In this document: positions 47,965 through 58,945 of the stretch, one piece after another
How positions within the stretch are numbered: position 1 is the stretch's first letter
Layout of the letters: each line of letters starts with the position of its first letter
From: Ranitomeya imitator
Taxonomy: Eukaryota
DNA: 64,000 nucleotides
Assembly (NCBI RefSeq): GCF_032444005.1
Contig: NC_091287.1
Coordinates: 513,050,001 to 513,114,000, forward strand
Reading direction: 5' to 3'
Made by a program: the position numbers and the translations under genes
The notes under the pieces: generated by a model
The model's input: only the letters and a program-made list of their open reading frames with translations
What the model was told of the DNA's origin: nothing
Databases searched by the model: none

Positions 47965-48740
47965 TGTCCACTTAATGCCTGACACGTGGACAAGGACTTA
48001 TGGCCAGTGATACTACATTTCCCTGATGGAACACTGGGTGAACACTCTGGAGGCCGGGGCCGAGTCCCACCCTGCCACGGCACATGTGCTACTGACAATG
48101 GTTGCTGGCTCTACTTCTGTCAGAGTGTCCTCAATCTCCTACACCTGTTCTTGCACCCCCAACTGCTCATCCTCTTCCCCCATCTCTGATGTGTAATCAA
48201 AAAGCACTAATCAGCTGGAAGCTCTACAGCACTGGCTTGCTGAAACATATTTGTCTAGGAGACAAACGGCAAATGAAGGCACAGTTATTAAAAGGAATAA
48301 CAGACCAGACAGATTATGTGGCTCTCGCCGCTGAACCTGGAACCAGGCATAGTCAGGTGTGATAATGGCGTAACCTGATGGTGGCTGTGAAGCTTGGCAA
48401 ACACATGTGCTCAACCTGGTAATTCAGCAGCTTCTGAAAACCTACCCATAACTGCTAGAGCTTCTGGTTAGCAGCCATTTGAGCAAGTCAACTAAAACTG
48501 CCACCACTCCGGCAGTGCCAGCTCAAAGAATGGTCTGTGACGTGACCACACACTGGAACTCCACGCTGCACATGCGGACACAGCTTTGAGAGCAGCAGAG
48601 GCCAGTTGTGGATTACCAGCTCTAACATGCCCATCAGTATTCTAATTAGCTTCCGCACATAACAACTGAAGGATGGGCATGGATGTCTGACATTTGTGCA
48701 GTACTCCAAGACTTTGATGACTCCACTAAGATGGGGATCA
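47965..48740 (+). pseudogene. Decayed hAT (Ac/ZBED-type) transposase fragment
   Basis: Fragments DTWT...YISL..HWVN, WLSPLNLEPG..CDNG, HVLNLVIQQLLK and MVCDVTTHWNSTLHM. Confidence 0.75.
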
Positions 48741-49199
48741 ATACACATGAATAAGGAAAGATAAAAACCATCCCATAAAAATTAATTCAGCGTTTATTTA
48801 AAAAAAATGTTGCACATATAGAAACAAATAAGCACATAAATAAATAAAAAGACAAAGTGGATAGTTGACTGACACAGGTGTAAAGCAAAAGGTCCAAAAA
48901 AAGTATAGTGGATGGGAAGAATAAAAAATAGCAGCAAGTCTCATAAAGTGCCAGTGTGCCCATGCAGTTAATGTTCCCATACAGAGAGAGAGCATTAACC
49001 GTATGGGCACTGGGCTGATACTCTGGTAGGAACTGGTATACAGGTGAGTGTATGGAAACAGGTAAGAACCTGTTAAGACTGGAGGGTATATGAGAACAGG
49101 TAGGGACCTGTTCGGACTGGTGAATATAGAGAAACAGGTAGAGACCTGTATGGCAAGTTGCAGAGCAGAGATAGAGCAAGATCGCAACAGCAGATGCAA

Positions 49200-49620
49200 A
49201 GCAGAACCACAGGAGGCAGAGTTAAGAGCAGGAGGCGGAGCCAAGAACAGAAACACAGGAGGAGGAGCCAAAAGCAGGAGGCAGAGCCAAGAACAGGGAC
49301 ATAGCTAAGAGCAGAGAAGAGGAAGGCGGAGCTAAGAGCAGAGCTAAGAACGGAGCAGCTGGAGGTGGAGCCAAGTGTGGAGACGCTGGAGGCAGAGCCA
49401 AGAGTGGCAATTCTAGAGTCGGAGACACTGGAGGCGGAGCCAAGAGCAGAGATGCTGGAGGCGGAGCCAAGAGCAGAACCACAGGAGGCAATTCTGAGAG
49501 CCAGAACTGCAGGAGGCAAAGCCAGAAGGTAGAGAGCCACAGTTTGTGGCGAGCAAAGCAGAGAAGCAGAGAGCCACAGTTTGTGGCGAACAGAGCAGAA
49601 AGGTGCAGAGCCACAAGTAG
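49200..49620. repeat. Degenerate purine-rich tandem repeats (GGAGGCGGAGCCAAGAGCAGA)
   Basis: Read directly; possibly part of an old LTR element. Confidence 0.7.
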
Positions 49621-50119
49621 TGGCGAGCAGAGCAGAGGTACATACAGCATAGTGGGAATGACAACAGACAAAGAAGGAACAGGAACGTACATAGACAAGA
49701 GTTCAGACAGGAACAGACACGGATACACAAACAGAACACGGGTAAAGGCCTGCATATTGCAGCCCTCAGAGACAGAGACAGGACACAACCTGGCAGCTCA
49801 GTAGCAAAAACTAACTGAGGGAAATAGTTTGCTCAGGCGTCCTCCAATGGGTAAGGATGCCTTTAAAATCAGAGGCCTCTAGGCCATTGGCTGGGGACAC
49901 CATAGGCAGGTGCACACAGTGTCAATAAGAATCTGAATTTGCCAGTGCCACCATCCTATGCACACAGCCAGGAAGTGTACACAGAGCAAGCAGCCATGAA
50001 GAACACGTCATGGAACCGGCAGCAGACAGATCTCACAGCATGGCACAGGGTGAGTGAGTTGATGTAACAGGAAGGTGTGGGATGGAAGGCCATGCAGTGA
50101 TGCTGCCAGGGTTGTTACA

Positions 50120-50330
50120 ACAACAAAGGTGCACTGAACTGATTGGCTACACCAAAGGTGCACTGAACAGCTTGGCCACACCAAAGGTGCACTGAACTGT
50201 TTGGCCACACCAAAGGTGCACTGTACTGCTTGGCCACGCCAAAGGTACACTGAGCTGCTTGGCTACACCAAAGGTGCACTCAATGGCTTGCCACAACAAA
50301 GGTGCACTGAACAGCTTGGTTTGAGCAGTC
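50120..50330. repeat. About 7 copies of a 30-bp repeat (CACCAAAGGTGCACTGAACAGCTTGGCCAC)
   Basis: Read directly. Confidence 0.85.
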
Positions 50331-51588
50331 AAACTGGACTGACAGACTCATTTTAACTTCTTTCTATATTACTGCAGTTAAAGTACTTTTAGAAAAATCA
50401 TAAAAACACAGGAAGGACATACAAACACCATGCAAAATATTTAGTCAGGTTCACACTCTGCATAGTAAAGCAACAATGCTGACAACTTAGCCACAGTGCT
50501 GTCCTCATTTCTAGTTTAAGGTGTCATAGAATTGCAATCTACATTTTTTTTAGCACAATACTTCTTTTTTGATTTGTTTAAAAATTTATGTCATAGTCAT
50601 GGTATTTTATTGCAAGTAGATGGGGAAATGAATTCCCAATATGCAGAACTTTATGCATTTACTGTATATGAAGGTTGTTTGGTCAGCTCTGTGATTACTC
50701 TTATTAATGATCCAAGCAAATTGCTTGTTCACAAAACTGCCGAGGTGACAAATGAGAAATGTTCCTTTATGTTTTTGCTGCTGCAATAATATAAGCAAGA
50801 CTCAGACATACAGTTCTTTCTTTTTCCTTTTTCATTCTTCAACACCAGGTGTCAGTATAATAAAGTAAACAATGCTATGTATATTATGAATAATGAGCTC
50901 ATCTGAGCTGGTATTTCACTTGGTTTCTACACTAGTCCATTACTTCTTGGTTGATTTTCCTGTCAAATTTATTTTGAAAAGTACTGTCAATGTCATAATT
51001 AAAGTTTAAAAATATAGTTGAGCACTAAAATATATCCTATGTTGTTATTTCGGGCTCTCTGAAAGGAAATGTTTTGCAATATTATTTATTAAAAAAAAGC
51101 CATGAAACTAAAAAGCACATTAAAAATATTGCGGAGTACGTATAATGAAGCAAATCTGGCCTACCACTCAAGGGCCAAGGGTTTTCAATGGTCTGATTGG
51201 CTTAGTTATACCCACTTTCACCTTAGCCAAGGTCTGTTGGGGCAACATGCTGAGTCAAGGGCTGTGGGACTTTCATACTGAGTAAGGAACTGTGGGGCCC
51301 TTATAGTTTATGAGGAGCTGTAGGGGGAATTATACTAAGTGAGTCACTGTGGGGTCATCATACTGAGTGAGGGGATGTGGGTGGCGTTCTGAGTGGAGGG
51401 CCTTATACTGAGTGAGGGACTGAGGAGAAGATCATACTAAGGGGCCATCATACTACGTAGAGGCCATCATATTGTGTTGAGGGTAGTGGAGAAATGATAC
51501 TGTGTGAGAGGCTGTGATACTCAGCGGGCGGAATGATATTGTGTGTGGGAGAACTAATGGGACTTCATACTGTTGATGAGCACTTTTA

Positions 51589-51795
51589 GGCAGGTGTCCC
51601 ACTTGCAACTGCAATGTGAGAAACTCCCGCAAGTCTCTCGCCTCAACACCCGGCACTGCTGCTGGCAGTTCGGACCTGAGCGTTCAGCTGCATAGAAATA
51701 CATGCAGCCGCACACTCAAGTACCGAGTGCTGGCAGCAGTGCCGGGTATTGAGGCGCGAGTTTCTCGCATTGCAGTTGCAAGTAGGTCACCGGTC
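51589..51795. mobile_element. Small palindromic Harbinger-type MITE
   Basis: TTA on both flanks; arms ACTTGCAACTGCAATG...CATTGCAGTTGCAAGT. Confidence 0.75.
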
Positions 51796-51825
51796 TTAGG
51801 AATATAGTGCTGTGGGAGTAGTATA

Positions 51826-52410
51826 CAGGGTGGGCCATTTATATGGATATACCGAAATAAAATGGGAATGGTTGGTGATATCAACTTCCTGTTTGTGGCG
51901 CATTAGTATATGGGAGGGGGAAAATTTTTCAAGATGGGTGGTGACTAGTGATGAGCAAATATACTTGGTACTCGAGATTTCCCAAGCACGCTAGGGTGAC
52001 CTCCGAGTATTTTTTAGTGCTTGGAGATTAAGTTTTCATCACCACAGCTAATTGATTTACATCTGTTAGCCAGCATAAGTACATGTGGGGGTTGCCTGGT
52101 TGCTAGGGAATCCCCAAATGTAATCAAGCTGGCTAACAGCCGAGTATATTCGCTCATCACTAGTGGTGACCATGGCGGCCATTTTGAAGTTGACCATTTT
52201 GGATCCAACTTTATTTTTTCCTTTGGAAAGAGGGTCATGTGACACATCAATCTTATGGAGAATTTCATAAGAAAAACAATGGTGTGCTTGGATTTAACGT
52301 AACTTTATTCTTTCATTAGTTATTTCCAAGTTTATGACCACTTATAAAATGTGTTCAAAGTGCTGCCCATTGTGTTGGATTGTCAATGCAACTCTCTTCT
52401 CACACTCTTG
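51826..52410. mobile_element. Truncated Tc1/mariner-type element
   Basis: TA|CAGGGTGGGCCATTTATATGGATA terminus. No matching second end was found. Confidence 0.45.
51946..52162. mobile_element. hAT MITE (217 bp)
   Basis: TIR TAGTGATGAGC...GCTCATCACTA; perfect 8-bp TSD GTGGTGAC. Confidence 0.9.
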
Positions 52411-52482
52411 ACACACTGATAGTAACAATACCCCTTAGACCCGAGTCCAGAGCCTCTCACCTAGCCAAATTAGTTCTCATGC

Positions 52483-52527
52483 TTCGCACTGACGAGTGCC
52501 AACAGCCCGAAACACCGTGTCTGCGAA
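52483..52527 (+). ncRNA. Type I hammerhead ribozyme motif A
   Basis: Stem I UUCGCA/UGCGAA; core CUGACGA; stem II GUGC-CAACA-GCCC (one U-C mismatch); GAAA; stem III ACA/UGU; predicted cleavage after GUC at 52521. Confidence 0.75.
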
Positions 52528-52768
52528 TTGAGATACTAATTTGGCTTTTATCCTAAGTCATATTGCATGACTCGTTAAAGAATTGATTGTAACTTGTAGG
52601 ATCGCTACTTCCAACAGGTGGCGCTATAGAGTTAAGTCCTCTTTTTCTCAGAAGAGGCAATTTGCATATTATATATTTCCCAGAGGAGCATTGCACGGCG
52701 AATAAGCCTCCTTACCTTGACAAGCCAGAGTGCAGAAATATGTGATTCTTCAGAATTTGTTTTAGTCT

Positions 52769-52809
52769 TTGCCTGATGAAGAGACCTGTGTAGTCTCGAA
52801 AGCTTGCAA
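52769..52809 (+). ncRNA. Minimal type I hammerhead ribozyme motif B
   Basis: Stem I UUGC/GCAA; core CUGAUGA plus one extra A; stem II GAGAC/GUCUC; GAAA; palindromic minimal stem III AGCU; predicted cleavage after CUU at 52805. Confidence 0.7.
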
Positions 52810-54522
52810 TTTGTTACCATCTTTTCAGTTAGCCATTAAAAGGTATCAACCACTGAGGACTCTCAATTCTAAATATTTTTCTACACAGCCTCGGGCACCC
52901 GGTGCCCGGGTCCTGCGCTTCGGCTTGGAAGGAGCGCAACCGCAGCCCCCTTCCTGCTCCCTTGTTCTCCTGTGCTTCTCCCCTCAGGCACTTGCTATCA
53001 ATGTAACCAGTCTGCTTCTCTCCTCTCTCCTGGAGCTGCAGCACCACATGTGGCTGCACAGCCCCAGCTCTGCTCACACTCCTCTCTACTTCACTATCTC
53101 TAAACAAATCTAATATATAAAGCTGAATGTGTGTGTGTATGTGTGTATGTCCGGGATTGGCATCTGCACCGTCGCAGCTACAGCCACAAAATTTTGCACA
53201 GTCACACGTCTGGACCCCGAGAGCATCATAGGCTATGTTGTGAGGCGAAATTTTAACCCCGCACATTCCAATTCACTAAACAGTTTTGCCCCTATCTACA
53301 TAATGGGGAAAAAGTGAAAGGAAAAGTGTTGGAGGCGTCGCAGCTACAGCAACAAAATTTTGCACAGTCGCATGTCTGGACCCTGAGAGCATCATAGGCT
53401 ATGTTGTGAGGTGAAATTTTAACCCCGTGCTTTCCAATTCACCAAACAATTTTGCCCCTATCTACATAATGGGGAAAAAGTGAAAGGAAAAGTGTTGGAG
53501 GCAAATTGACAGCTGCCAGATGTGAACAAGGGGGACTTAAAGAGTGAAAGCGATGGCGCCAAAGAGTATATACCGTACAGTTGCTAAGGTGGGGCCCCGA
53601 CATGGGATACTCACCACACACGGGGATATGAACACACACACACAAAAGGCGCCACAAACTACCACGTGCTTTAACACATATACCACCCTCAGCACACATT
53701 TCACCACACATACACCAACCTCGCCACATAAAAGTCGAAACACAAAAGTCGCCGCTCAAAACTCGCCACGCGAAAAACTCGCCACATGCAAAACTAGGCT
53801 CATGCACAACTCGCCACACGTGCAAAACTCACCTCATGGAAAACTCGCCACACGCAAAACTTGCACACACAGAAAAATTGCCACATGCACAAAAGTTGCA
53901 GCACACAAAACTTGCACATACTCAAAACGCACCACACATAAAACTCAACATGCGCAAAACTCGCCATGCGCAAAACTTGCTACACACAACTTGCTACACT
54001 AACCTGTCACATGCAACTCAACACAAAAAGTTGCTACACGCATGTCGCCACACAAAACTCATCTCACAAAAGTCACTACATGCATGTCACCACATGCAAC
54101 TCAACACACACAACTTGACACATGAAACTCGCCCTAAAACACACACAAGTCTGGTATTATCCTTCAAAAATAAAAATCTGATCAATAAGCAGACAAACTA
54201 CAAAAGCAACAAATGTACCATATAGGAAATACGGCAGCTGTCAGTCACATGACCTGTCTATTATGTATATGTGTGAGCTAATATATACAGCCAGGGGGGA
54301 GGGCTTCATGTTGGCTGGGGATTTATCAGGCTGCCACTTTAGCTTACAAATACTGAGGTAAAAATACTGACCAAATAATTTGTGAATGCGGTCTAATACA
54401 GGAGGAGATGACACACAGATATATACTATATACAGGAGGAGATTACAGACAGGTATATACTATATACAGGAGAGATGACACACAGGTATATACTATATAC
54501 AGGAGGAGATGACACACAGGTA

Positions 54523-56128
54523 CAGTGGGGCAAAAAAGTATTTAGTCAGTCAGCAATAGTGCAAGTTCCACCACTTAAAAAGAGGCATCTGTAATTTACA
54601 TCATAGGTAGACCTCAACTATGGGAGACAAACTGAGAAAAAAAAATCCAGAAAATCACATTATCTGTTTTTTTAACATTTTATTTGCATATTATGGTGGA
54701 AAATAAGTATTTGGTCAGAAACAAACAATCAAGATTTCTGGCTCTCACAGACCTGTAACTTCTTAAGAGTCTCCTCTTTCCTCCACTCATTACCTGTAGT
54801 AATGGCACCTGTTTAAACTTGTTATCAGTATAAAAAGACACCTGTGCACACCCTCAAACAGTCTGACTCCAAACTCCACTATGGGGAAGACCAAAGAGCT
54901 GTCAAAGGACACCAGAAACAAAATTGTAGCCCTGCACCAGGCTGGGAAGACTGAATCTGCAATAGCCAACCAGCTTGGAGTGAAGAAATCAACAGTGGGA
55001 GCAATAATTAGAAAATGGAAGACATACAAGACCACTGAGAATCTCCCTCGATCTGGGGCTCCACGCAAAATCCCACCCCGTGGGGTCAGTGGGGTCAGAA
55101 TGATCACAAGAACGGTGAGCAAAAATCCCAGAACCACGCGGAGGGACCTAGTGAATGAACTGCAGAGAGCTGGGACCAATGTAACAAGGCCTACCATAAG
55201 TAACACACTACGCCACCATGGACTCAGATCCTGCAGTGGCAGACGTGTCCCACTACTTAAGCCAGTACATGTCCGGGCCCGTCTGAAGTTTGCTAGAGAG
55301 CATTTGGATGATCCAGAGGAGTTTTGGGAGAATGTCCTATGGTCTGATGAAACCAAACTGGAACTGTTTGGTAGAAACAGAACTTGTCGTGTTTGGAGGA
55401 AAAAGAATACTGAGTTGCATCCATCAAACACCATACCTACTGTAAAGCATGGTGGTGGAAACATCATGCTTTGGGGCTGTTTCTCTGCAAAGGGGCCAGG
55501 ACGACTGATCCGGGTACATGAAAGAATGAATGGGGCCATGTATCGTGAGATTTTGAGTGCAAACCTCCTTCCATCAGCAAGGGCATTGAAGATGAAACAT
55601 GGCTGGGTCTTTCAACATGACAATGATCCAAAGCACACCGCCAGGGCAATGAAGGAGTGGCTTCGTAAGAAGCATTTCAAGGTCCTGGAGTGGCCTAGCC
55701 AGTCTCCAGATCTCAACCCTATAGAAAACCTTTGGAGGGAGTTGAAAGTCCATGTTGCCAAGCGAAAAGCCAAAAACATCACTGCTCTAGAGGAGATCTG
55801 CATGGAGGAATGGGCCAACATACCAACAACAGTGTGTGGCAACCTTGTGAAGACTTACAGAAAACGTTTGACCTCTGTCATTGCCAACAAAGGATATATT
55901 ACAAAGTATTGAGATGAAATTTTGTTTCTGACCAAATACTTATTTTCCACCATAATATGCAAATAAAATGTTAAAAAAACAGACAATGTGATTTTCTGGA
56001 TTTTTTTTTCTCAGTTTGTCTCCCATAGTTGAGGTCTACCTATGATGTAAATTACAGACGCCTCTCATCTTTTTAAGTGGTGGAACTTGCACTATTGCTG
56101 ACTGACTAAATACTTTTTTGCCCCACTG
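54523..56128 (+). mobile_element. Full-length Tc1 transposon of IR/DR type (1606 bp)
   Basis: TA|CAGTGGGGCAAAAAAGTATTTAG...CTAAATACTTTTTTGCCCCACTG|TA. The ~205-210-bp TIRs carry outer and inner AAGTATTT(A/G)GTCAG direct repeats. Confidence 0.95.
54881..55912 (+). CDS. Tc1 DD34E transposase, 343 aa, uninterrupted
   Basis: N-terminal paired-like [25 protein letters not shown] and [12 protein letters not shown], with 34 residues between the second D and the E. Confidence 0.93.
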   Translation: MGKTKELSKDTRNKIVALHQAGKTESAIANQLGVKKSTVGAIIRKWKTYKTTENLPRSGAPRKIPPRGVSGVRMITRTVSKNPRTTRRDLVNELQRAGTNVTRPTISNTLRHHGLRSCSGRRVPLLKPVHVRARLKFAREHLDDPEEFWENVLWSDETKLELFGRNRTCRVWRKKNTELHPSNTIPTVKHGGGNIMLWGCFSAKGPGRLIRVHERMNGAMYREILSANLLPSARALKMKHGWVFQHDNDPKHTARAMKEWLRKKHFKVLEWPSQSPDLNPIENLWRELKVHVAKRKAKNITALEEICMEEWANIPTTVCGNLVKTYRKRLTSVIANKGYITKY

Positions 56129-56305
56129 TATATACTATATACAGGAGGAGATGACACACAGGTATATACTATATACAGGGGAGATGACACACAGGTATAT
56201 ACTATATACAGGAGCAGATGACACACAGGTATATACTATATACAGGAAGAGATGACACAGGTATATACTATATACAGGAGGAGATGACATACAGGTATAT
56301 ACAGG

Positions 56306-56515
56306 AAACACACAACCGAACAAATGCCCAAAAATAAATTAAATTCAAAATAAATTTATTTATACAAAAATATATACCAATTGGTAGGGGGAAAAGAAAC
56401 CAAAAGAGAGGCACAACAACAAGGAGACAGGGCAACATACAATCCTGCACTGGTAGAATAATGGCGGAAGAAAAAATATATATAATAAATATAAAGCCAA
56501 CCACAGAATTGAATG

Positions 56516-56557
<42 letters not shown>

Positions 56558-57465
56558 AAAATATGTAGAAAAAATATATATATATGATTATAAAAAGATA
56601 TGTATATATATATATATATATGTATGTTATATGACCGCACTCAACAAAATTAAATAATGAAAAAATGAAAAAATAAATGAATGAAAAAATGGGTGGTACA
56701 CCTTTAAGAGAGACCCAAAGGGGTTAATATAATGTCTATAGCGGTAGGATGTGTAAAACCCAGTACTAGAAAATGTGGAAATGTGCGGCTACATATAATA
56801 TATACTAATATACTTAAATATTAGTAAGGGGTACAGGGAGCTGCTGCATAGATCATGAGACACTGTAACGTGTAACACATCGAGTAAATAATGTTATTAC
56901 TGCAAATAGCAAAATAGAGTGTCTCAAATCAGGCTATACCTGTAATGCTGCCCTCCTCCTGGATGTGCCAGTCCCCGACGCGCGTTTCGGCGTCAGCCTT
57001 CGTCAGGATGTGCCAGTCCCCTGACGAAGGCTGACGCCGAAACGCGCGTCGGGGACTGGCACATCCAGGAGGAGGGCAGCATTACAGGTATAGCCTGCTT
57101 TGAGACACTCTATTTTGCTATTTGCAGTAATAACATTATTTACTCGATGTGTTACACGTTACAGTGTCTCCTGATCTATGCAGCAGCTCCCTGTACCCCT
57201 TACTAATATTTAAGTATATTAGTATATATTATATGTAGCCGCACATTTCCACATTTTCTAGTACTGGGTTTTACACATCCTACCGCTATAGACATTATAT
57301 TAACCCCTTTGGGTCTCTCTTAAAGGTGTACCACCCATTTTTTCATTCATTTATTTTTTCATTTTTTCATTATTTAATTTTGTTGAGTGCGGTCATATAA
57401 CATACATATATATATATATACATATCTTTTTATAATCATATATATATATTTTTTCTACATATTTT

Positions 57466-57497
<32 letters not shown>

Positions 57498-57844
57498 ATC
57501 ATTCAATTCTGTGGTTGGCTTTATATTTATTATATATATTTTTTCTTCCGCCATTATTCTACCAGTGCAGGATTGTATGTTGCCCTGTCTCTTTGTTGTT
57601 GTGCCTCTCTTTTGGTTTCTTTTCCCCCTACCAATTGGTATATATTTTTGTATAAATAAATTTATTTTGAATTTAATTTATTTTTGGGCATTTGTTCGGT
57701 TGTGTGTTCTCTGTTTGGTTATATATATTTTTCCGATTTGTCCTCCTTATGTCCATCTTGGGATACATATAATATACACACACATTGGGCATATTATTGA
57801 GTTACTAAAGTACTTATGTATCCCTTGCTCTGAGTTTTTCATTT
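56306..57844 (+). mobile_element. Penelope-like element fragment: tail-to-tail inverted pseudo-LTR forming a 1.4-kb palindrome
   Basis: Arms 56307-57007 and 57020-57708, a 12-nt spacer, an unpaired extension to 57844, a 13-bp flanking direct repeat AGGTATATACAGG, and a hammerhead at the centre. No RT or GIY-YIG ORF is present, so the class call is inferred. Confidence 0.7.
57006..57066 (+). ncRNA. Type I hammerhead ribozyme motif C
   Basis: 15-bp stem I GGAUGUGCCAGUCCC/GGGACUGGCACAUCC with one extra G; core CUGACGA plus one extra A; stem II GGC-UGAC-GCC; GAAA; self-complementary stem III ACGCGCGU; predicted cleavage after GUC at 57050. Confidence 0.8.
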
Positions 57845-58945
57845 AGGTATATACAGGAGGAGATGACACACACATATATACTACATACAGGGGAGATGAC
57901 ACACAGGTATATAATATATACAGGAGGAGATGACATACAGGTATATTCTATATACAGGAGGACATGACACACAGGTATATACTATATACAGGAGGAGATG
58001 ACAACCTGGTATATACTATATACAGTGGAGATGACATACAGGTACATACTATATACAGGGGCGATGACGCACAGGTATATACTATATACAGTGGAGATGA
58101 CACACAGGTATATACTATATACAGGATGAGATGACATACAGGTATATACTATATACTGGAGGAGATTACACACATGTATATACTATATACAGGAGCAGAT
58201 GATACACAGGTATATACTATATACAGGAGGAGATTACTTACAGGTACATACTATATACAGGAGGAGATGACACACGCATATACTATATACAGGAGGAGAT
58301 GACATACAGGTATATACTGTATAAAAGAGGAGATGACATAGGTATGTAGAGGAGATGACATGCAGCAGGTATATACTATATACAGGGGAGATTACATACA
58401 GGTATATACTATATACAGGTGATGACATACAGGTATATACTATATATAGGAGGAGATGACATACAGGTATATAGTATATACAGAAGAGATGACGTACAGG
58501 TATATAATATAGGAGATGACACATGGGTATATACAATATACAGGAGGAGATGCCATACAGCAGGTATATACTATTTACAAGGGGAGATGATATACAGGTA
58601 TATACTATATGCAAGAGAAGACATACAGGTGTATACTATATATAAGGGAGATGACAAACATGTATATACTGAGGTGAAAATGAGGGGTGTGAGGTGAAAA
58701 TGAAAAGGTGTGAGTGCAAAATGAACGGAGTGAGGGAAAATAGTGGAGTGATCGGAAAATGACAGATGTGAGGTCGAAATAACAAGTGTTAGGGGGGAAT
58801 GAGAGGAGTGAGGGGGAAAATGAGAGGTGTAAGGGAGAAAATGAGAGGCATGATGGGAAAATAAGAGACGTGAGGTGCTATAACTAACCACAGATATTTA
58901 CTATGCCCAGGCAATGCTGGGCTCTTCAGCTAGTATATATTATAT

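Larger units (their letters stand above)
54400..58670. repeat. 32-34-bp minisatellite (TATACTATATACAGGAGGAGATGACACACAGGTA), interrupted by two insertions
   Basis: Blocks at ~54400-54520, 56130-56305 and 57845-58670. Confidence 0.9.
53109..58933 (+). mobile_element. Non-autonomous Helitron hosting a Tc1 and a Penelope-like insertion
   Basis: Starts A|TCTAATATATAA; ends with hairpin GCCCAG-GCAATG-CTGGGC (58905-58922), then CTAG|T. The interior has a 166-bp tandem duplication (53171-53502) and minisatellites. Confidence 0.8.
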
